Source: Paraspadella gotoi | Taxonomy: Eukaryota > Animalia > Chaetognatha | Assembly: GCA_051294375.1 (NCBI GenBank) | Contig: JBJCIZ010000239.1 | Location: forward strand, 4,967,581 to 5,031,580 | DNA length: 64,000 nucleotides | Direction of reading: 5' to 3' | Part shown: in pieces, positions 53,280 through 64,000 of the stretch | Position numbering within the stretch: position 1 is the stretch's first letter | Layout of the letters: the number at the start of each line of letters is the position of its first letter | The notes under the pieces: model-generated | The model's database searches: none | Seen by the model: only the letters and a program-made list of their open reading frames with translations | Told to the model about the DNA's origin: nothing | Position numbers and translations under genes: made by a program

Positions 53280-53945
53280 ATCTGGCCGAGACGGACTGTA
53301 ACCGTTATGAGGAAACATCTACAAGTCATTAAATCCAAAACGTCGCCGCCGCCTCAGCCGCAGCTTTTGACGCTGTCCTCGACGCCGCTGCCTCCGACGC
53401 CTCCGCCGCCTTCACGAGCCAACTTCTATCGAGTCTCTCTGCACGAAACGACCGCCGACTGCGCCCTTCGTCGTCGTCGCAGGACGCGAGGACGCCGCGG
53501 CATTCCTCCAGACGCGGAAGAGAGATTGCAGCCAGGAGAGAAGGATATCGTGCGTCGACAAGGAACATCGCTCGCTCGAGAGTCCGTCGCGATAAATTGT
53601 CATTATTCTTCTTTGTCCTGAGTCTTTCTCTACTAGTCTGACATATCGAGTATGCAAAGGGTAGCGCCCCCGTCTTCGTTCAGTTTTCTCCGTTCGTCGA
53701 ATTGTCGTCACCGCCGAGCTTGTCGTCTTCTCTTGCAGATCGTCTATATGCTCTCGGTTACGCGTCTCAGAGTCGGCGTCGCCTGGTCGTTAAGAGTCGT
53801 CATTTCGTTGTCGTCGTCGNNNNNNNNNNNNNNNNNNNNNNNNNCGGGAAGTTGCTGCGGGGGAAAGGATGCGGCGATCGTGGGCCAAGTTGCGCAGGCG
53901 AGAAAGGGCGTCGAGGAACGGTGGAGGAAGATGATGAGGTGTTGA
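53280..53945 (+). other. GC-rich, possibly coding segment of unknown product, broken by indels and a gap
   Basis: GC-rich island with overlapping ORFs (Pro-rich PPPQPQ..PPTPPPP); no recognisable motif and no reliable frame. Confidence 0.3.
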
Positions 53946-56900
53946 GGAGAAGAAGAAGAAAAAGAAGAAGAAGAAGAAGAAGAAGAAGAAGAAAAGAAGA
54001 AAGGAAGGAGGAAGAGGAACAACAGCAACGAGACACAATCCATTAAAAAACCGTCAAATCATTTAAAAGTTCGCGACCCACAGACATTTTTCTTCTTCTT
54101 AAAACGGGTTTTGTAATTTTTTTATTTTTTGAATTTTTTTTTCCTGCTACCGCGCAAAAAAAAAAGATTGTGAATATGTATAAAAAACTAGTTTTTTCTG
54201 CTCGCCGATTTAGGTGAATATTAAACATTAGATAACCTTTATATATGCTAATTCATTAAATTCGCTCGGTGCCAATCGATAGTCAAAAAATGTCGATTGC
54301 CCACGATAATTAAGCGTATGCAGATAAATAAATAAAATAATAAATAAATAACAAAAAAAATAAATAAATAAATAAAACTATAGGTAGAAATAATTACAAA
54401 TAAAGACAAATATTTTTTAACTATTATTATTTCCCACTTGCATCATTTTTTTACTCACATCATTTTTCAACTTGCATCATTTTTTCACGAACTATTTTTT
54501 CAACTTGAAATCATTTTTTCAACTGTGCATCATTTTTAATTAATAGTTAATTAATTAATTAAATTAAAAACATTATTAGAGTAATCGCATAATAAATAAA
54601 ATTCAAGCGACTGAGCTTTGGTTTTTTATATGTAACTCATTTCCATCCTGATCCATCGAAACATTACTTATTCCCTATCTCTTGGATGCTTTACAGCACT
54701 TTTCCAACCACACACAAAGATTTACTCCGATCTATCGCACCAGATGAAGTGATGATATAGATTATGATAGGAGAATATTAAGAAAGATTCAAATAAAAGT
54801 GATTTTCAACTTCATAGTGCATCATCAGCAAGCTGATCACCATACACACATTGATAGTCTTAATTTCTCAAATTACCTAGCAATAATTGTTAATTCCAGT
54901 TGAGTATAGTAAAATTAAACAGTGATAAAATATTGCGTCTTAATCCCTTGAGATCTAAAAATGGAATACACTAAAATCTCGGCCTCCCCTCTCGTCTCTC
55001 TCCTTTGTTTATTCTACTTAGACAAAAATGTTTACAAAATAGGCGCTGAGTTCCTGGGAATCTATGAAATATTAAACTTTGGAACTGAGAAATTTAGAGA
55101 GACAAAATTTGAAAGAAAGTTAATTACTAATTGGAGGCTAATTAAAAATATACTAACATCTCCCCCCCAAAACAAATTTGTTAAATGGCAAATAGATGAG
55201 TTAAGCGAAACAGTGGGTACAAAATGATCACATGTAAGGCAGTAGTACAAATAATCTTAATTGTTATAACAGTATTACAATTGATCACATATAGCTAAAT
55301 TGGGGAAAAGTAAATTAGGACAAAAAATAAATCTGCGCTGCATCTAATATAAAAACGTAACAAAAATAAAAATTGTTTTGAAAATAAGTCGAAACTGCGG
55401 CCAACAGTTCGAGAAATAAAATGTTAAATTAATTATATACATATATATTGGGAACCAATATGTAAACAAATCATCAAATAAACATTTCCACGCAAATATG
55501 GCAGTCATTCACGGCCCCCAAATCTATTTTTTGATCTATTTTCGATATCTTCCTCAAAACATCCAATCAATTTTAATCGATCTCTCGTGTTCACAATATT
55601 CGATATAAAGAACTCATCCTGCTCTTCCTGCTCCCAACCCGAAAATGGTAAGTGTAACGGATCAGTCTATCATCCTCTTTAAAGGTGCCAAATTATAATT
55701 AAGTCATCAATTTCCAATAAGATTAATCGTTTCATAATTTTAATTTAAGTTCAAAACTACTTGTCGTTCTTGTTGCATTGTCAATTGTCTGTCTGCATTG
55801 CTCATTGGCATCGTCGCCCTTCAAAGTCGTGTTGTGTCGTTAAGAGAAAGGTGCAAATTAATTCAGTGCCGAAACATGCAAAAATCATTTAAAATCGAAA
55901 TGAAAGAGTGCGAACAGATTCGTGCAACAGGTTATTTTGAAGTAAAAGGGTGCAAAAAATTCAGGATCGTCCAGTTCAAAGTATCTTTGTCTGTTCCCTG
56001 TATCTGCTCTATCATTGCAACAAGAATAAGAAGCGTCCGGTCGCGCCTTCAGCGCAAATCAAAAACCAAATCGCGGACATCGAGATCACTCCAAAATTTA
56101 GGTAAACCATTTCGAATGTTATTTCAATGTAAACACCGTCTTATTTAGTTCTATAAATATTCGAATTATTATTAAATTGAACTAAATAATTAATATTCAT
56201 ATTTCTATTTGTCAAACCAATCTCGTCGTCGTCGTCGTCGTCGTTTCAATGAATATTAATGTCTTCGCTCGCTTCTCTGCAACGAACTCGATTCTCCGAT
56301 TTACGACCAACGAAAAAAAAAAAGAAATGCGGAAATTAAAGTCGAAAGAAAAAGAAGGAAAAAAAAAGAAATTACGAATTTTTCCCCATGAAACAAATTG
56401 CAAGAAAAAAAGGATGGGGGGGAAGATAAAAAAGGAAAAGAAAGGAGTCAGAATGCATTCTCTGCATAACTGACTCACCTAATGACAGATGGACAGACGG
56501 ACCAATAGGCGTAAAGAAGTAAAGAAAGGGAACAAAGAAATCCTGAAATCAAATCAATCAATCAATCAAATCAAATCAAATCAACCCCGTTTTCAGGAAA
56601 TTTGGCTTATGAAATAATTAAACATTGATTGCGAAAATTCTTTCTCTCTCACTCACAATTTTTGTATCCTCTCTCTCTCTCTCTCTCTCTNNNNNNNNNN
56701 NNNNNNNNNNNNNNNNNNNNNNNNNNNNNNNNNNNNNNNNNNNNNNNNNNNNNNNNNNNNNNNNNNNNNNNNNNNNNNNNNNNNNNNNNNNNNNNNNNNN
56801 NNNNNNNNNNNNNNNNNNNNNNNNNNNNNNNNNNNNNNNNNNNNNNNNNNNNNNNNNNNNNNNNNNNNNNNAATAAAAAAAAACCTTGAAAAAAAAACAT

Positions 56901-57440
56901 CCGAAAGGTTTTTACTCGTGTATGCGAAAAACGTCAAACTTGTTAAAATAAGAATTACAGTAGAAACGAAACGGGGCATAATAATGAAATGAAAATTAAT
57001 AAAATTTTAACTGATAAAGTATTAAAATCACTAGGAATCATAATGAATTAGCGAAAAAATGCGGAACCGGCGAACCGAGTGNNNNNNNNNNNNNNNNNNN
57101 NNNNNNNNNNNNNNNNNNNNNNNNNNNNNNNNNNNNNNNNNNNNNNNNNNNNNNNNNNNNNNNNNNNNNNNNNNNNNNNNNNNNNNNNNNNNNNNNNNNN
57201 NNNNNNNNNNNNNNNNNNNNNNNNNNNNNCAGTTACTGGATTCGGTCATTTTGAGAGGTTTTTTCCTGCTGCGGGTCAAAGGGTCATTTTCAGGAGGCAG
57301 GGTAGGGCAGGGCAAGGAAGAGAAGAGGTGAGGAAAAAGGGAGACTCGTGGATTGGCGGAGGAAAGGAAAGGAAAGTGAGTACGGGGAAGGTGAGGCGCA
57401 ACGGGAGTCATTGGCGAATGGCGAGGTTTTTGAGTCGGGA

Positions 57441-57544
57441 GGCGCTATTTTCTAAAAGCGCTGCATTTCCGTTCCTAATCTAGGCGAAAATCTGGCTTTA
57501 AAAAAAATTTGAGCTGAAATCGGGCGCTTTTAGAAAATATGACT
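57441..57544 (+). mobile_element. Minimal family A element (about 104 bp)
   Basis: GGCGCTATTTTCTAAAAGCGC..ATTTC / GAAATCGGGCGCTTTTAGAAAATATGAC inverted ends. Confidence 0.65.
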
Positions 57545-57691
57545 TGATACAGCGAGAAAAGAAAAAGTGACTTCGAAGGTGAGACGTGGCGGAAGTCATT
57601 GATGAGGCGATGGGAATCTTTAAAAGTGAGTCTAAAATATGGTCAGTCGGAAAAAGAGGTATGGCGNNNNNNNNNNNNNNNNNNNNNNNNN

Positions 57692-60600
57692 AATATTTCC
57701 GAACACTGAAGCATAGAGTGAAACAGTTTCAAAAAAAAAATCTGAACCCCGAATTGTTATCCCGTGAATCTGTAGAATTTTTAAAACGGACGCCTCCTTC
57801 TTTCCCTACCCGCCGAAGTTAGCCTGCAGACTGAAAAAACCTTTTTCGAAATAATATTGAAATTTAAATTTAGGCATTTTAAACTAATGTGACGTACGTT
57901 AGAGATCGAAGATTTCAATTTAAGTGTCATTGAGACTTCGATTTAGGAAATTTCGCTCTAAACTGGCGAGTCAATTGCTGCGACAAGGGACCCAAAATCC
58001 CTGTTATGGATTGGGCACTAAAATCCACCAACGTTCATCAGCGGCCATTGGTGCCGGAAGCAAGTCATTCGCCTTTCCCAACCCAAAAGGCGTCCGGGGT
58101 TCTAGCCAGTGCGCCGTACCCATAGCAGTTAAGAGGGACGGGGCGCTTACGCGCTTTAACCCGCTCTGTAACACGGTAAGGTGTGTACAGCCCTGATCGA
58201 AGTCAGGGGACTTGCGTTGAACGCGTTCTCTCCATTAACCTTTATCAATAAATTACTGCTCTCTTTCATCTGTTTATTTGCACTGAGAGATCAAGGGACA
58301 TAAACGGCGTTTATTTCCTATCTCACTCTCTATCTCTCTCTCCAACACGCAACTTTCCCTCTGCACCCCTTTCTCTCTCTAGCTCTAATTTTTTTGTTAT
58401 TTGTGTTGGTATTTTCGATTTTACCCCGGTTTTCTTCGCCGAAAAAAAAAAAAAACAAGGATATTAGATGTGAGATGGTATGGACATTTAACTCATATAA
58501 AAAAAATATATTTGCTTATATAGTCACCTCTATTTTGGTGGAACAGAATAGGTAATATACATAGTATTTGTAGTAATATTCTTATAAAATAATAAATTTT
58601 TAAATATAACTTGTTAAAAAATTAAAATTTGTATATTAAAGTTATTCAGATTCTTCATAAAAAGTTAAATTAAAAAATATGAAATATGTTATAAAAAATT
58701 CTGTCGTCTTAGCATTTAAATAGAAAAAAAAAACTTCAGGCCTTTTTCTATTCCCATATAATAAAACTTTATATGTTAACATCCTCCACCTTCTGCGGTT
58801 CACTCCACCGGTACCCACAACCCGTTTTTTTCACCACCTAAAACGTTTAATCAATTTTTGCGGTTATAAACATTAAATTCATATATTCATATTTATAAAT
58901 TGTTTTTTAGGTTTTTATGGGGGCGGAATCCGAAATCTGTTATTTTAAAATTTAAAAAAATGATTTTGAAATTTGGGATCTTATTTTTTAAGATATATAA
59001 AGATATATATAAAGATATATAACATATATATTATTATTAAATAATTTTAAAATTTACTATACTCTATATTACTTTTTAAACAATTTTAAAGGATTTAAAA
59101 TTCATTTAAATTATGTTCCCAGGCAGCATAAAATATAATGCTTCAATCGCCTCAATCCTTTCATCACTTCCACCCTAATTTTACAATGCTTTAATTTGAT
59201 ATTGTCTTAATTTATTAAAAAAAAAATCCAAAAATACAAAAAAATTACTTTTTCGGGGTCATTTTGGTCTAGAGTTTAGATATGTAATTATTCTTATATA
59301 TTGCTCACCAAATATATCGAATAATATCTAGATGACATCCGAGTTATCCAGATTGTCAAACGCTTTTTATATCGTGAAAACATCCTAGCCAAGTCATTAA
59401 ATCTCTAAACGTCGGCCGCCGCCTCAACTGGACTCTCCCATGAGACACGCAAAGGGGGATATATAGATAATTGGTTACCAGAGACGTAAGTGTATCCTTC
59501 GAGCAGCCTGCTGCTGTCTCGCTCTTGGGACGCGCTCTAATGGCCGTCTGATCTACTATACATGACGACGCTTTCAAAGTGCGTTCTATTCGGTTATGAA
59601 AATGGTGCCTTCTACCTGGCTATCGATCAACGTATACGCTGCGTAATTACCTCTACACATTAGACCACGATATTCGATAGCAGTAAAATATTTTAAATTA
59701 AAACTGTTTTCATGATATTCTGCCTCCAAACTTTTTTAGTCATTTTTCCCGACAAAAAAAGACATGAGTGGAAAAAATAAGGTGGGGCACGCGGTAGAGA
59801 AATCCCGGCGCACCTTGCCTGTGCAGTGTGCTCTCACAAGAAGACAATGAAAGAAGAGTCAATAGAAGGAGGAGAGGTGCGTGTCGTGGCGGTAGAGTGG
59901 TCTATGCTCTCTCGGTGGCAAAGTGTCTCCGTCTCGGACAGAATAATTTGTTGCGGCAGGGAAGGCGGGAGGGCATAGACCACGCGGTGTACGGTGAAAA
60001 AGTTCGACGGAAGTGGCGGTGCCACCAGGAAGGCTGCATGATGGACTGTCGCGATAGATGAGAGGCATAATAAAGAGAAAGGAGAAAAAGAAATATGTGT
60101 CAACGCATGTTCGCAAGAGAGAGACTTTTGCAGTAATGTGTTACTAGTAAAGAGTAGATAGTAAATAGTGATAAGTATCAAATGTGTTATGAAGAATGAA
60201 ATGAATACGATTTTTACTCAAGTGATAGAAGAGAAGTGGATACAAGTGAGAATTAAGAAAGAATGAATATGTCTCGCGCGCTACTTAAGAAATTAAGTGG
60301 AGAGGTTGATACAGTGTTATAAGTGGTATAGTATATAACAGAACCTCCTAGTGCCCAACGATGGTATTGGTCCTTTATTCATTACCACTACATATTGTCC
60401 ACATTGTTGAATATATATGTAAAGTTAAAACTCAGTTTGCTACAATTTTCTGTTCATAAGGTTATTCATTGTTCTTTATCCATGTTTATTTTATATATAT
60501 GTTGTCTCGAGTCTCGACCTGCAGAGATACTATCTGGGTCTGTCTTTTATAATTTATACGTGTGTGTGTTATTATGATAAAATATATATAAATATAATAT

Positions 60601-63600
60601 ATATATGAATTTATAATATATTTTATAACCATAAGCTCTTAACGTCCAAAATAGAGTTAAATTGAAAGTTTTTGTAATTATATAGCCATGCAAACTAGAA
60701 CAAGCTATAATATACATTAAACGTAGCCTGTGTGTTGTTTGTACTGTGCTGACAAACGCGCTCTCAGAATTATAGTCTAAGATGTATAAATAAAAGGGTA
60801 TCATTTAAAACAATATTCGAATACTCACTTTTGTGTGGATAAGGGCGCTATAGATTAGGTGATGTAATGACAGAGATTAAATTATACGTCGCCTGAGATA
60901 GTTCTATTATTAACCCCGTCTTAAGTCAAGAACCTCAATGTCGGATTAGATCATCGCGGCACTCGCTAGTAGAGAGCGGTCTCATCGGTAACGCAGGCTT
61001 GAGAGCGATTTAAATAAAGTGACAAATAACGCCTCCAAAGATACAACTTATACCTATATCACTCAAGCACATAAAATACAATCAACAGACTCAAAGCGAA
61101 AATAAATTATAATAAATAAGGTACCGTGGATAATGAAATTAGTAAACACTCAAATAAAGTAAATAAATAAATCAAATAATATAAATAAATAAAATATAAA
61201 TAGGCAGTATAAAATAAATTACCCTATAGTTAGGTCTAGAATAAATGCTACAGAGAAATTGAACTAGTATCAACTCAATAGAGCCACCGAGTATGTTTCA
61301 AGGACTTGACATGATTGTTATATCTTTATGTTCCTTACTTTAAGCATGCATCATTTGTTTTCATCTCACATCAGTTTTTTCAACTTGCTGTGAATTCTAG
61401 CGCCCACAACAAGTTTTTTTCCACTACTAGATCTACTATGGGGTTACTCGCTCGCGCCAAATGAACACTGTCTCATTCTGAGATTTCAATATAATATATT
61501 TCTATATAAAAAAACATATTCTATTTTATCAGAACTATGTCTCAATTAAATCCAATGACATAATAAAATCACATACGAAATATAAGCAAAGGTCTGACAC
61601 TGAAACTTTTGCAGATTCTTTTATTATTGTGTAAAATAATAACCTCATTCTGCCACTCCATCTCGCAGCAATTTCCATCGATGGACTCAGACAATATGTG
61701 AGTGTCTTAACTTAGTAAACATCACATCCTTTTCTTTCTCTCATACTCCACATCCTACAATACTCCTCTTGCATCCCCCAATTGTCTATACATACGACCA
61801 ATGTCTCTAATGATATCGTTTTGAAACCATCTCCAGTAATAGAGTAAAATTGAAGTAGATTAAACTATATATATGAGACACTAATTTTTATGTAATTTTT
61901 TGCTTCAATAAGTGATTCTATATTGAACATTACAAATATTCAGTCCATATAACTCATTAAACAACACAACTTGCTCTCCTACCCTCATAACGAGAGACCA
62001 CAATACCTTTCTATATAATCCTTCACGACTCCTATTGTATACATATCAACTTTATTAGTATACATGTCGAGTTAATATCCATGCTCGCTGAAGTTTACAA
62101 CTATTTAGGTGCTAAAATAATTTAAGTTATTGATATGTACTTTATGTTGTATTTTCTTCTCATTTTATAATATACTTCGTTTAGATTTTCTCAAGCACTT
62201 AACTCCTTCATTTCTATACTACAAATGCACGTCGGATCTGGAGAGTACCTTGAAATCGACCTATACGCCGAAAATAGAATTAACGTCATACTTAAAGTTC
62301 GTCGCGAGGGACTGTTATTACTTCTCTATGCGATTTCAACCATTGGGTGAAGCTGTTTGTCATCTAATACATCCAATTCGATGTTACCTGCCAGCATCTT
62401 TAATAAATGGCCCTAATCGACTTAGAGTGGCCTTTGCGCGAATGCGCAATCATCATTTCATTCCGAATCCATCCATACGAATACATTACATCTAATCTTT
62501 CGTCGTGTGCTATCTTACAGTGCTGCGTCCCTCTCTGAATCGTGTCAAGCATTTACGTTTGCTACGTGGGAAACCTTATACAAATTTCATTTTTGTCCAC
62601 TATAAAGTATGGTACTATTGTAAGCTCGTTGATTACCGGCGCGCGTACGGTGCCGTCAATTTCGTTTGCTCTCCATATGTGTCGTCTCGCACTGTTTGTC
62701 TTCTTCTTCTTCAGGTTCAGATGCGTCGTCAGTAGCAGCTCGCGTTCCGTTATTTGGTAAGAACTTACGTACATCCCTGTGACGATACGTACCAGTCCAA
62801 CTTTTCGATGTAGATAACGATACTTTTCTGTCTTTGCTACTTGTCCAGATTATCAGCTGTTTCAATGAATAATAATGTCGCTTTTCGCTCGACTATCGTG
62901 GTGGCACATTACAATGGTCCATCAGAATTCTCTCTCGTAATATAACTCAAGACCAACCTGCGAAGACAAAGAGAAAAGCCGAAGAAATGACCGGAAAATA
63001 TAAAATACAAAGTTGTCTGAAAAAAGAGTAAAAAGAGAATGCGAAAATAGAAATAATAATTAAAAACAGTATATTCGAAATAGTTATAATATGCCCCAAC
63101 CATGGAACATAATAATTAATGAGCTCCTAACTCAAAAGAATAAATGGCGAGCTAAAAAGAGAAAACAAAAATAAATAAAGTGGATGAAACAAGAAGACTC
63201 GGAAAAGAGTGTAAGTAAGAGGCAGAACAATAAGAGAACGAACTCCGAATTAAAATAGAAAAATGCACACCAACCGCGAAAGAATGCACTATTCTCACTG
63301 CATACAGCTGCGCACCATCTGAGATGATGCCACAAGCTATTGGCGTGATCCATATTCGCGCGTCCCACAACTCGGAGAAGAGGTGATACACTGAGGAGTA
63401 AAAGAAAGTGGGAGTAAAGTATAATCCTTGAATCATAAAGCCCATTGCTATCAGTGGCAATCTGTGCAACCTCGCAAATCAAATCAAGCTTCACGGAGGT
63501 GTATCGGTTCAGGATAATTTGGCTTATGAAATGAATTGTAAGCCATTTATATGACTCTCGCCAAAATTGCTAATTCACTCTCTCACTCACGGAATTTTAA

Positions 63601-64000
63601 TTTTCGCTGAATCTCGTTCCTCATCTCTCTCTCTCTCTCCTTCAGGCGTCTCCACTGCGCGTCTTTTCTCTCATTCATCTTGACATACTACGTGCTCTCT
63701 CTCTGTTCCACTAACTACCATAATCATCTATACTCTCTACTCTTCGTGTCTTCTCTCTCTATCTCAGCAAATCATAAGTGTCTGTTTTTGTAATAAAAAA
63801 AAAATAGTTGTGTATAGAGATACAGTATTTTAAGAGATACAGAGCAAATTCATCGTTTTAATCAGCAGATGCCCATCTTAATTACATAAATAATTCACAT
63901 TAATAGAAACCTTCTGAATAAACCAGAAACATCGAAGAGGTGTCTGTTTAGCTCGTCGTCATCGCGTAACAAATAACCGTTCAAACTCGTTGTCTGGCTA
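57692..64000. other. Noisy redundant copy of 46712-47142 joined to 52334-56950 (alternate haplotype or unpolished read)
   Basis: Collinear anchors: 57910-58190 with 46875-47142, 58190-59420 with 52343-53355, 61345-61390 with 54438-54475, 63505-63535 with 56590-56615, 63925-63995 with 56895-56945. Insertion-rich noise rises after 59.2 kb. Confidence 0.85.

Noticed and set aside
55760-56148. 116-aa ORF and possible minus-strand exon
   Set aside because: No recognisable motif, stops in the other frames, low-quality region.
59356-63494. Short ORFs in the terminal region
   Set aside because: They lie in the noisy duplicate sequence and are not preserved in the better copy.

Overview
AT-rich, intron-containing eukaryotic (probably animal) DNA with abundant (GA)n/(CT)n microsatellites and many small non-autonomous transposons. 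Spliced genes I can support by manual translation: an XK-related multipass membrane protein (+, 578-3524), gamma-butyrobetaine dioxygenase BBOX1 (-, 11 exons, 4818-9522), a tandem cluster of three paralogous small Cys/Trp-rich single-pass membrane proteins plus one relic (+, 15578-28434), a METTL27-like methyltransferase (+, 34535-36139) and a GT31 beta-1,3-glycosyltransferase (-, 42545 to about 46480). The most notable items are: (1) a TIR mini-element family with telomere-like (CCCTAA) interiors, one copy of which exactly forms an in-frame GC-AG intron in the XK-like gene (Introner-like); (2) the Cys-rich receptor-like cluster with a duplicated kringle/FN2-like module and discordant intron positions; (3) a 5.2-kb hAT-like element with about 1-kb inverted termini, whose empty site is also present in the window. 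From about 44.4 kb onward the assembly is degraded (25-N gaps, duplicated segments, an indel-rich noisy copy at 57.7-64 kb), so calls there are weaker.
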